From positions 64,001-128,000 of the forward strand of contig JBDHJS010000001.1 of the NCBI GenBank assembly GCA_039586795.1: a stretch of 64,000 nt of DNA. Direction: 5' to 3'. The notes beneath the pieces were generated by a model. It worked only from the letters and a program-made list of their open reading frames with translations. It had not been told where the DNA came from and made no database searches. Positions 20,197-28,444 of this stretch are shown here, in pieces (position 1 is the stretch's first letter; every line of letters starts with the position of its first letter). A program made the position numbers and the translations under genes. This stretch comes from Gemmatimonadota bacterium. GTDB lineage: Bacteria > Gemmatimonadota > Gemmatimonadetes > Palauibacterales > KS3-K002.

Positions 20197-20415
20197 TTGC
20201 CTACATACGATTACGTTTGCCTTGAGTGTGGCCGGCAGTTCGACGTGAGGGCCTCGATTTCCGCCTACTCGGCCGGTCTTTCGCCCCACTGCCCGGACTG
20301 TGGATCGGACAACGCGGATCGGAGGTTCTCCTCAGTGAACGTGCTCACGGGGTCGCAGGAGTCGGCAGGCTCGCCGCCGAATTGCGGTCCATCGGGCTTC
20401 AGTTGAGTGAACTGA
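20197..20415 (+). CDS. FmdB-family zinc-ribbon protein, probable selenoprotein (Sec at 20404-20406; ends at 20406 if not recoded)
   Basis: TTG start MPTYDYVCLEC...CPDC; C-terminus CGPSGFS-TGA-VN-TGA with a SECIS-like hairpin downstream. Confidence 0.8.
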
Positions 20416-20417
20416 AG

Positions 20418-20434
20418 CCGCCCAGGTTGGGCGG
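20418..20434 (+). promoter_or_regulatory. Putative bacterial SECIS element
   Basis: CCGCCC-AGGTT-GGGCGG, 17 nt, starting 11 nt after the in-frame TGA. Confidence 0.7.
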
Positions 20435-20441
20435 AGATCGA

Positions 20442-20479
20442 GCATGTCACGGGTCAGCCCTGTGGCTGGCCCGTCGTGC
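20442..20479 (+). terminator. Second hairpin after the FmdB gene (terminator or stabiliser)
   Basis: gcatg-tc-acgggtcagcc ctgt ggctggcccgt-cgtgc; no U-tract. Confidence 0.35.
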
Positions 20480-20685
20480 ATCTGCGATGCGGCGCCGGGG
20501 TAGTTGGATCTCAGCCTCGTGTGAGGTATCCTATTAGCATCATCAGTCGCGCTGACCGAGCTGTTCCGTAGCCCATCACCGAGGTGGGCGGCTTGGGAAA
20601 GAGCAGCCGCCGCTCCAGACTCCGAACTCAAAGGCGAGCAGACCAAGGTGCGGGCAAGCGCACGAGTGGCCGTCGGAGGTTCAGA

Positions 20686-21057
20686 ATGCCGATAGAGACG
20701 CGGATCGACTCAGCCGCGGGCTTGAGGACGCACATAGTCAGCGGAGAGATGGACTTTGACGCTCTCTCTTCCACGCTCGAGGGCGTCTATTCGGACCCGG
20801 ACTTTCTTCCCGACCTCAACGTGTTGTGGGATCTTCGAGACGCGATCCTGACGGTGTTTTCTTCCGGGGACGTCAGCCGAGTTGTTGACGTGGTGAAGGG
20901 GAACTGGACGGGGGCCCGGGCGGCGCTTGTGGTTGGGCGCGACGCCGACTTTGGAATGGCACGAATGTACGAGCTGCAGCACGATACATCGTCATCGGGC
21001 GAAGTGCGTGTGTTCCGAGATTTCGAAGAGGCGACGGCATGGGTAATGGAGAAGTAG
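20686..21057 (+). CDS. Small SpoIIAA/STAS-like hypothetical protein, copy 1
   Basis: ATG 20686 after GGAGG; VLWDLRDA, AALVV...FGMARMY, VRVFRDFEEATAW. Confidence 0.7.
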   Translation: MPIETRIDSAAGLRTHIVSGEMDFDALSSTLEGVYSDPDFLPDLNVLWDLRDAILTVFSSGDVSRVVDVVKGNWTGARAALVVGRDADFGMARMYELQHDTSSSGEVRVFRDFEEATAWVMEK

Positions 21058-21183
21058 CTCGGATGCGCAGTTTCCGTCTTCTTGCACTCGTTCCAGTATC
21101 GCTATTCCTGTTCGGCGTGCCAGCGATCTTCTCCAAACAACAGCTCAACCGCTCACGCACCACTCAGATGCAAGGATCGACGA

Positions 21184-21245
21184 TTGGCGTACGATGAGAA
21201 GCTAGCTCAACGGATCCGGGACGTTCTCGGTGACCGGAGGCCTGA
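21184..21245 (+). pseudogene. Truncated TfoX/Sxy N-terminal fragment
   Basis: TTG-AYDEKLAQRIRDVLGDRRP resembles the TfoX_N start; the expected KKMFGG does not follow. Confidence 0.55.
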
Positions 21246-21364
21246 TCTACAGAGTACGGCCAGTCAAACGTCGAGCGAGCGACGAACGTCACCCACGAGA
21301 TGGCAAACGCGAGGCCGAGGTAAAGCCAAACCTGTTTGGAGATACGGTCTTCCTCTTTGATCAT
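21246..21364 (-). pseudogene. Truncated membrane-protein fragment (CPBP/CAAX protease-like N-terminus)
   Basis: MIKEEDRISKQVWLYLGLAFAISW gives one TM, then the frame runs antisense into the TfoX fragment. Confidence 0.4.
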
Positions 21365-21533
21365 CGCTCGTACGTGAAAACGGACGACTGGCGTTCCCGC
21401 CGCTCGAATCTCCCTGCTGCTTGACGCTAAGCTCAAGCTCGGCTTACGATTATGGGTTAATATGACCTGCCGGCGCCATCCATAGGACGCCGATCGGTTG
21501 ACTCGAAAGCCCCAGGATACGAGCGGAAGCACT

Positions 21534-21920
21534 GTGCCGTTCAGTTACGAGATTGACAGGGGCCGCGACTTCGTCTCGATAGTCGCAAGCGGCAAGATCA
21601 CGACCGAAGAAGCGTTGGCGACTTTCGACGCGATCGTCGGTGAACCCGGCTTTCATCCCGGAATGAAGATCCTGAGCGATCACCGGGACCTGGAGACGGT
21701 AGTACCGATAGCGTTCATAAAGGCGTGGATCAGCCGTATCGAGGAGGCCGGCAAGCTGTTTCGGGGGACGCGGGCGGCGCTGGTCGAGTCGGGGACCGTG
21801 AGATACGGAATGGCGCGCATGGCATCGATTCTCACAGAGCCGACGGCGATCGAGATGCGCGTGTTTCGCGACGTCGAGGAAGCCCGGAACTGGCTCGAGT
21901 CACCGGCGGTCTTGTTATAA
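21534..21920 (+). CDS. Small SpoIIAA/STAS-like hypothetical protein, copy 2
   Basis: ILSDHRDL, AALVE...YGMARM, MRVFRDVEEARNW; paralogous to 20686-21057. Confidence 0.7.
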   Translation: MPFSYEIDRGRDFVSIVASGKITTEEALATFDAIVGEPGFHPGMKILSDHRDLETVVPIAFIKAWISRIEEAGKLFRGTRAALVESGTVRYGMARMASILTEPTAIEMRVFRDVEEARNWLESPAVLL

Positions 21921-21931
21921 GAGGCATCGAT

Positions 21932-22426
21932 TTGATCGAGGCTATAGAACTTACGGTAAACGGAGATACCCGCGAGCTTGGCGTCCCGAGTCATTACACG
22001 CTCCTCGAGACGCTGCGCTATGTGCTGGGGTACACCGGATCCAAACAAGGCTGTGACAAGGGCGACTGCGGAGCCTGCACGGTACTGCTGGACGGAGTAC
22101 CCACCCTCTCCTGCATACTCCCAGTCCAGGAAGCGATCGGAAGAGAGATCACAACGATCGAGGGACTAGCAGAAGCCGACGGGCTTCACCCGCTTCAGGA
22201 TTTCTTTGATGTCACAGGCGGTGCGCAGTGCGGGTTCTGTACGTCTGGAATCATCATGTCGGCGGCGGCCTTGTTGTCGGAGAACGACGATCCAACGCGA
22301 GATGAGATTCGGGCGGCGCTGTCCGGGAATCTGTGTCGCTGCACGGGTTACACGAAGATCTTCGAGGCCATCGAGCTAGCCGCGCGCTCGCTACGTGAGA
22401 GCGCGGCGGAGAGTGTGGAATCGTGA
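21932..22426 (+). CDS. hcrC: 2x[2Fe-2S] subunit of a xanthine-oxidase-family enzyme (HcrC-like)
   Basis: GCDKGDCGACT, QCGFC, NLCRCTGY; TTG start after AAGAGG. Confidence 0.85.
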   Translation: MIEAIELTVNGDTRELGVPSHYTLLETLRYVLGYTGSKQGCDKGDCGACTVLLDGVPTLSCILPVQEAIGREITTIEGLAEADGLHPLQDFFDVTGGAQCGFCTSGIIMSAAALLSENDDPTRDEIRAALSGNLCRCTGYTKIFEAIELAARSLRESAAESVES

Positions 22427-24855
22427 AGCTTGAGGACTTCCGTGAGAGGCAAGCGGCGGCCGCGCTGAGCGAGGAAGAAATCCGCGCAGCCGTCGAGCGC
22501 GAGTTCCAGGTGATCGGGCGTCGACTGCGCCGAACCGATGGCATCGCCAAGTCCACGGGACGAGCAGTCTACACTGACGACATCACACTCCCTGGGATGC
22601 TGCACGGCAAGATCCTGCGCAGCCCTCACGCACACGCCCGTATCATGTCCATCGACGTATCGAGAGCCCTGCAGCTCGAGGGCGTGCACGCGGTGATCAC
22701 CGGCAGCGACATGCCAGAACTTTACGGGATCATTCCGTGGTCACGGGACGAATACGCGCTGTGCGTAGACGTGGTGCGTTACATCGGCGACGGGGTGGCG
22801 GCGGTAGCGGCCATCGACGAAGAGACGGCGAACGCGGCGCTCGACCTAATCGAAGTGGAGTACGAGGTCCTTCCCCACTTTCTGGATCCGAAAGAAGCGC
22901 TAACGAACGCGGATACGCCGATCCACGAGCCGAAGAAGCCGGGCGAGAACGGGAACATCTCGAAGCGTGTGCAGCTGGAGTTCGGCAGCGTCGATGCGAA
23001 GATGGCGGCGTCGGATGTAGTGGTCAAAGACGATTACTTCTTCGAAGGAACGACGCACACGGCGATCGAACCGCACTGCGCCATCGGCTATTGCGACGCA
23101 GGCGGCAAACTGACGGTTTGGTCGGCCACTCAGGTACCGCACTACCTGCACCGCGAGCTGGCGCGAGTGCTCGATCTGGATGTCGCCAAGGTCAGGGTCG
23201 TGCAGCCACCCATCGGTGGGGCGTTCGGCGGCAAATCGGAGCCGTTCGACCTGGAGTTCTGCGTAGCGAAGCTGGCGATGATCACCGGCCGCCCGGTGAA
23301 GATCCTTTATACTCGCGAGGAGGTATTCTACGCTCACCGCGGTCGGCACCCGATGTTCATGCGTTACGAGACCGGGGCCGACGCCAACGGACGAATCAAG
23401 GCCGTGCACGCGCGGACGATTCTGGACGGTGGCGCCTACTCCTCGTTCGGCCTGGTCACGACGTACTACTCGGGACAGTTGATCACGGCGCCGTACGCGA
23501 TGGAGTCGTACCGATTCGACTCGATCCGAGTTTACACGAACAAGCCGTGCTGCGGGCCGAAGCGAGGGCACGGGTCGGTGCAGCCGCGGTTCGCGATCGA
23601 GGTCCAGCTGGACAAGATCGCCGAACAGCTCGAGATGGATCCGATCGAACTTCGTCGTCGCAACATCATCGGCTCGGGCTCGCGGACCGTGAACGAGTTT
23701 CGCATCACGTCCAACGGCTTCGCGGAGTGTCTGGCCGAAGTCGAGAAAGCATCGGACTGGAAGAACAAGCACCGACGTTTGCCTTACGGCCGCGGCGTAG
23801 GCGTCGCCGGCTCGTGCTACATCTCCGGAACCAACTATCCGATCTACCCCAACGAAATGCCGCAGTCTGCAGTCCAGCTGCAGGTCGACCGGTCGGGGAG
23901 GGTCGCTGTGTTCAGTGGCGCATCCGAGATCGGCCAGGGCTCCGACTCGATGCTCGCCTACATCGTGTCAGAGGAACTGGGTGTTCCCCTCGACTACGTT
24001 CGAATACTGTCGGCGGACACCGATCTGACGCCCGTGGATCTGGGCGCCTACTCGTCGCGGGTCACGTTCATGAACGGCAACGCTTGCATCGACGCGGCCC
24101 GCAAGATCAAGACGCAAGTACAGCAAGCGGTTGCCGATCAATGGCTCTGCAAGCCCAAGCATGTGATGCTGGTGGGCGGCTGGGCGTTCTACGGCCTGGA
24201 CACCGAGACAAAGATGCCGATCTCGGAGGCGTTCAACCTGGCCGAGGCGAAATACGGCGCCCTGGGCGCTACCGGGTCCTATAACACGCCGAAGGATATC
24301 CACGGCGAGTATCGGGGCGGGACGATCGGCTCGTCGCCGGCGTACTCCTTCACGGCCCACGTGGCCGAAGTGGAGGTCGATCCGGAGACCGGATTCGTCG
24401 AGGTGCAGAAGATCTGGATCGCCCACGATTGCGGCCGGGCGCTGAACCCGGTGCTGGTGGAAGGCCAGATGGAAGGCTCGGCCTACATGGGCTTTGCCGA
24501 GGCGATCATGGAGGCGCATGTCTTCAAGGAGACGGGTCTGCACAACGCGCCTTCGCTGCTCGACTACAAGATCCCGACCAGCCTGGACACACCCGAGATG
24601 CGCTCGCTCATCGTCGAGTCGATCGATCCAGAGGGCCCCTACGGGGCAAAGGAAGCAGGGGAAGGCCCGCTGCATCCGTCCATACCGGCTATCGCGAACG
24701 CGATCTACGATGCGGTGGGCGTGCGCATGGACCGCATGCCGTTCGCACCGCCAGCCGTCTGGAAGGCGATACGAGCACGCGCCGAACGGGAGCGCTCAGG
24801 TGGTTTGACGCCGTGGAAGAGAGACGACGCGTCTCTCGCAGCGGCGGGAGATTAG
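22423..24855 (+). CDS. hcrA: Molybdopterin-binding subunit (4-hydroxybenzoyl-CoA reductase alpha-like)
   Basis: GGAFGGK, RGHG, EIGQGS, YSSRVT, GAKEAGE; GTGA overlap with the upstream gene. Confidence 0.8.
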   Translation: MKLEDFRERQAAAALSEEEIRAAVEREFQVIGRRLRRTDGIAKSTGRAVYTDDITLPGMLHGKILRSPHAHARIMSIDVSRALQLEGVHAVITGSDMPELYGIIPWSRDEYALCVDVVRYIGDGVAAVAAIDEETANAALDLIEVEYEVLPHFLDPKEALTNADTPIHEPKKPGENGNISKRVQLEFGSVDAKMAASDVVVKDDYFFEGTTHTAIEPHCAIGYCDAGGKLTVWSATQVPHYLHRELARVLDLDVAKVRVVQPPIGGAFGGKSEPFDLEFCVAKLAMITGRPVKILYTREEVFYAHRGRHPMFMRYETGADANGRIKAVHARTILDGGAYSSFGLVTTYYSGQLITAPYAMESYRFDSIRVYTNKPCCGPKRGHGSVQPRFAIEVQLDKIAEQLEMDPIELRRRNIIGSGSRTVNEFRITSNGFAECLAEVEKASDWKNKHRRLPYGRGVGVAGSCYISGTNYPIYPNEMPQSAVQLQVDRSGRVAVFSGASEIGQGSDSMLAYIVSEELGVPLDYVRILSADTDLTPVDLGAYSSRVTFMNGNACIDAARKIKTQVQQAVADQWLCKPKHVMLVGGWAFYGLDTETKMPISEAFNLAEAKYGALGATGSYNTPKDIHGEYRGGTIGSSPAYSFTAHVAEVEVDPETGFVEVQKIWIAHDCGRALNPVLVEGQMEGSAYMGFAEAIMEAHVFKETGLHNAPSLLDYKIPTSLDTPEMRSLIVESIDPEGPYGAKEAGEGPLHPSIPAIANAIYDAVGVRMDRMPFAPPAVWKAIRARAERERSGGLTPWKRDDASLAAAGD

Positions 24856-24859
24856 CATC

Positions 24860-25864
24860 GTGCTCAGGCTCCACCCTTATCACTACCATCGCCCGGCCAC
24901 CCTGAAGGAGGCCCTGGGTCTGCTGAAGCAGCACACCGGCGATGTGATGGCGATCGCGGGTGGCACGGACCTGGTCCCCAACATGAAGCACAGGCTCTTC
25001 ACGCCCAGCCACCTTGTCGCGTTGAAAGACCTCGCGGAGCTTCAGGGGATCGAAGAGCGGGACGGTGAACTGGTCATTGGCGCCGCGGAGAGCCTGACCA
25101 GCGTGGCGACGCATCCGCTGGTGAAGAAGCACCTCCCCGCGCTGGCGGATGCCGCCGCCGCCATAGCCCATCCGATGATTCGCAATCAGGGCACGATCGG
25201 CGGCAACATCTGCCTGGACACGCGGTGCACGTACTACAACCAGACGCATTTCTGGCGAAAGGCGCTGGGATACTGCCTGAAGAAGGACGGCGACGTCTGC
25301 CACGTGGTGAAGGGTGGCACCAAGTGCGTCGCCGCGCACTCGGCGGACACACCGCCGATCCTCATGGCGTTGGGCGCATCGATCGACATCGCCTCGGCGG
25401 ATCGGGAGCGGAAGTTGCCGCTGGAAAGTTTCTTTGTCGCTGATGGTATTTGGAACAAAATGATGGCGCAGTACGAGCTAGTGACTCGCGTTCGCGTACC
25501 TCTCCCGCCGCCAGGGCAGCGTGCGGTCTATGTGAAGGTTCGGGAGCGCAATGCAGTGGACTTCCCGCTACTCAGCATCGGGTTGGCGGTCGAACTGGAC
25601 GAGACCGACTCGTTGGCGCAGAGAATCTCGCTGGTAGTCGCCGCGCTTGGCGCCAAGCCTCGGGTCATCGGCGGCCTCGACAAGATCACGGACGGAAAGA
25701 AGCTCACGTCTGATGTGATCGAGGAGATCGCACAACAGGCGTTCCGTCAGTGCAATCCCCTCGAGAATATCATCGTCGAGCTGGAGTGGCGGCGCGCTAT
25801 GGTTCCGGTCTATGTGCGCCGCGCTTTCAAGCAGCTGCTCGCTCAGCCGCGGGCCGTCGCGTAG
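24860..25864 (+). CDS. hcrB: FAD subunit with extra [4Fe-4S] insert (HcrB-like)
   Basis: AGGTDL, IRNQGTIGGN, Cys insert CLDTRCTYYNQ..WR...YCLKKDGDVCH...KC. Confidence 0.85.
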   Translation: MLRLHPYHYHRPATLKEALGLLKQHTGDVMAIAGGTDLVPNMKHRLFTPSHLVALKDLAELQGIEERDGELVIGAAESLTSVATHPLVKKHLPALADAAAAIAHPMIRNQGTIGGNICLDTRCTYYNQTHFWRKALGYCLKKDGDVCHVVKGGTKCVAAHSADTPPILMALGASIDIASADRERKLPLESFFVADGIWNKMMAQYELVTRVRVPLPPPGQRAVYVKVRERNAVDFPLLSIGLAVELDETDSLAQRISLVVAALGAKPRVIGGLDKITDGKKLTSDVIEEIAQQAFRQCNPLENIIVELEWRRAMVPVYVRRAFKQLLAQPRAVA

Positions 25865-26854
25865 CTAGCCCCCGACGACGGACTCCGCGAAGATCTCGAC
25901 CGGCTCGACTATCGCATCCATCGGACTGAACTTCCATACTAGCACTTCGTCATCGCGTTCGTGCGCGTTCGACGTGATGATCCGACCCGGCATCCTCAGC
26001 CGGAAATGGATCTCCGTGCTGCCCGCAACGTTCAGACCGTCCAGCTTGTCATCGATGAAGTCGCCAAGCCTGTCCGCCTCGTCATCGTAGATCTCGGCGA
26101 GCATGGCCCTGAGGAATTCTTCATCAGCGTCCGGGTAGCTGCGGCGCACGATGCGGGTCGCCTGCCTGGCTGTCCGGTCGACAACCTGCTCGAGCATCCG
26201 ATCCTCCTCCTCGCCGCTGAGCTCGAATAGGCCCTGGTCGATAGCGGCCCACGCCTGCCCTCTAGCAGTACCTATGATCTCAGCGACGGCCTCATCCGAG
26301 AGATCCGGGTATTCCGTCACGACTCGCGCTTCGACGAGGCTCATCATGTATTCGACGAGAGCATCGAGGGCGTTCTCCCATTCGAAGCTCTCTCGATAGG
26401 TGAATGACGTCGCGTCGCCGACACGGCCTGTCTCGACCTTTACCGTGTTCCAGAAGTGAACTTCGCCCAGCCTGACGTACCCGACTTTCGTGTCTACGTT
26501 GGCCCTGGTGGCGCCGGCAAAGTGCATGCTACGAGTGACATCTTCCCAGCCGGACAGGTTCCTGACACGAGTCTGGCGTGTGAACACCTCGGTGGTGTCC
26601 GTGCCGTCCACTTCGATCTCGTGGGCCCAACCGCGCTGGCCCGTGACGACACCCGTGACTTCTTGAAACTCGCCGATCGAGATTTCGAATCCCGGGCTGT
26701 CGGCATCTGAAACAACCATCTTCTCGCTGCGAACACCACTGCCATCGGCATTCAGGGTGGTCTCTACCGTGTACTCGATGCAGCCGCCCAAGCCGAAGGC
26801 CGCAAACGCCAACCCGGCAAGACCGACACGTTTTCCGCTCTTTATCCACTTCAT
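25865..26854 (-). CDS. Hypothetical lipoprotein (LppM-like start motif)
   Basis: Lipobox LGG-C then ETTLNADGSG; C-terminal MPGRIITSNA...LVW. Confidence 0.7.
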   Translation of the reverse strand: MKWIKSGKRVGLAGLAFAAFGLGGCIEYTVETTLNADGSGVRSEKMVVSDADSPGFEISIGEFQEVTGVVTGQRGWAHEIEVDGTDTTEVFTRQTRVRNLSGWEDVTRSMHFAGATRANVDTKVGYVRLGEVHFWNTVKVETGRVGDATSFTYRESFEWENALDALVEYMMSLVEARVVTEYPDLSDEAVAEIIGTARGQAWAAIDQGLFELSGEEEDRMLEQVVDRTARQATRIVRRSYPDADEEFLRAMLAEIYDDEADRLGDFIDDKLDGLNVAGSTEIHFRLRMPGRIITSNAHERDDEVLVWKFSPMDAIVEPVEIFAESVVGG

Positions 26855-26892
26855 GGTCCTCACCTCTCTATGACCAGTACACTCTCGACGTC

Positions 26893-27675
26893 TCACGACC
26901 GGACGCTTGCATCAGATAGCGCAAGCAGTCGAGCCACGGGAATCTGCAACTCTGGATCGAGCGCCAGGGCGTCCAGCAGACGAACCAACTCTGCCACCTG
27001 CACACCATCCGCACCGCGCAGCTCATCCAGTGCTGTACTCCGGCCGGCAAGCGCCCAGAAAGGGGCACCTGCGAGCAGGCTTTCCAGCCTGGCAGCATCG
27101 ACGATGGTCGTGCTGGGAGGCAACCGCTCCAGCATGCTAATCAGTTCAGCGACGCTCACGCTTTCGCGCCGGGAAAGCGTACGCTCCCACGCTCTTCGCC
27201 CCACCAACCCGGTCGCCACGGACGATGTTGTGACCTCCAGGCTGGCGAGCCGCTGCTCGTGCTCGGCAATTCGTTGCACGAGGAGCTCTTCGCGTCCACG
27301 CAGCTCGCCCAGCTCACCGAGCAAGAAGCCAGTGGCGACAAGGAGCAGCACGGAAGCGGCGGCGAGGGACGGTGCCAACCAGCGCGATGATCCCCAGCCT
27401 CGCGGGCGCGTGATATGTCGTGCCTCCTGAATCGCGATCTCGGCCTGAACCGAATCCCACATCGACGCTACATAGACATCGGGCACCTCCACCTCGAGAT
27501 CCTCTAGAGACGGCAAGGCGAGGTGTTCGTGCATGCGCAGAATCGCGTCGCACTCGACGCAGGCCTCGGCGTGAAGCTGAAGCTGGGCCATGCCGTCCTC
27601 GCCAAGTCTTCCCTGTTTGAGCGAGTCCAGCTGGTCCTGGAAAACCTCACAGTCGATGTTCTTCTTCACGTTCAA
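26893..27675 (-). CDS. Zinc-binding (ZAS) anti-sigma factor
   Basis: HAEACVEC motif plus one TM; overlaps the ECF sigma stop. Confidence 0.8.
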   Translation of the reverse strand: MNVKKNIDCEVFQDQLDSLKQGRLGEDGMAQLQLHAEACVECDAILRMHEHLALPSLEDLEVEVPDVYVASMWDSVQAEIAIQEARHITRPRGWGSSRWLAPSLAAASVLLLVATGFLLGELGELRGREELLVQRIAEHEQRLASLEVTTSSVATGLVGRRAWERTLSRRESVSVAELISMLERLPPSTTIVDAARLESLLAGAPFWALAGRSTALDELRGADGVQVAELVRLLDALALDPELQIPVARLLALSDASVRS

Positions 27676-28235
27676 TTCTCCGTGCTGCTGAGCGCCGCGG
27701 CCAGCCGCTTGCGCGCGAAATGTAGCGTTGCCCTGAGCGTGCCATTCTTGATTCCGAGCTCGCGCGCCACGTCCTTCTGCTCTCTCTGCTCCATATCAAC
27801 CCTCACGAAAACCTGGCGCTGGCTCTCGCTCAACTCGTCGAGCGCGACCAACAGGCGCTGGTGGAACTCGCGACGCTCGAGCTCCTCTTCTGGCCCAATA
27901 TCTACGGAGGCGATCTCAAGTATGCCCATTTGCTCGTCATCGTTGGGGGTCATTTCGCGTTTGACCCAAGCTTTGCGCAGGTGACTGAGACAGCCGTTCC
28001 GGTGGACGGTGAGGAGCCAGCCGCGGAAGGAGCGATCCGGGTCGTAGCTGTCGATCCGGCTGTGGACCCTGACCCACGTTTCCTGTGTCAGGTCGCGTGC
28101 CCACTCCCAATCCGCGGTGTAGCGGTAGGCGACGGCGATCAGCGTCCGGGTCAGCGACTCGACCAGGGTCCGAAATGCCCGCTGATCTCCGCCCTTCACG
28201 GCTACCGCGAGTGCTCTCAGCTGCTTCTCGTCCAA
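27672..28235 (-). CDS. ECF RNA polymerase sigma factor
   Basis: GDQRAF, DLTQE, FRGWL, region-4 HTH; TTG start after GGAGG. Confidence 0.92.
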   Translation of the reverse strand: MDEKQLRALAVAVKGGDQRAFRTLVESLTRTLIAVAYRYTADWEWARDLTQETWVRVHSRIDSYDPDRSFRGWLLTVHRNGCLSHLRKAWVKREMTPNDDEQMGILEIASVDIGPEEELERREFHQRLLVALDELSESQRQVFVRVDMEQREQKDVARELGIKNGTLRATLHFARKRLAAALSSTEN

Positions 28236-28390
28236 GCGCGATTTCCTCCGTCGTATTCGCGCCAATGCGCTTCCTCTTGGTATACGCAACAACCACAAGA
28301 TGTGCTTATGGGAAAGAATCGGAAATCGTGATTGGAAATAGGAACTGTTATCGGGATTCGCGAGACCGGGATCCTGAACTGGGGAATAAA

Positions 28391-28426
28391 AGACGCCGCC
28401 GGCCTTCCCTCAGCCCGGCGGCGTCT
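28391..28426. terminator. Intrinsic terminator between the two ECF cassettes
   Basis: 12-bp stem AGACGCCGCCGG/CCGGCGGCGTCT, with T-rich tails on both strands. Confidence 0.75.
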
Positions 28427-28444
28427 CTTCTTGTTGATTCCCGA

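Noticed and set aside
20413..20570. Read-through of the second TGA giving a UxxU protein with a long extension
   Set aside because: No hairpin at SECIS distance from the second TGA, and the extension does not look protein-like.
22737..24284. 515-aa alternative-frame ORF inside hcrA, and similar long shadow or antisense ORFs (e.g. 5238-6023, 36265-37185, 56006-57133)
   Set aside because: Typical high-GC shadow frames overlapping well-supported genes, with no recognisable motifs.
28293..28303. 11-mer CCACAAGATGT shared (inverted) with 61870-61880
   Set aside because: One 11-mer match in a 64-kb window is expected by chance.
28310..28388. Degenerate ATCGGR-like hexamer periodicity upstream of the ECF sigma gene
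   Set aside because: Too degenerate to define a repeat unit by eye.
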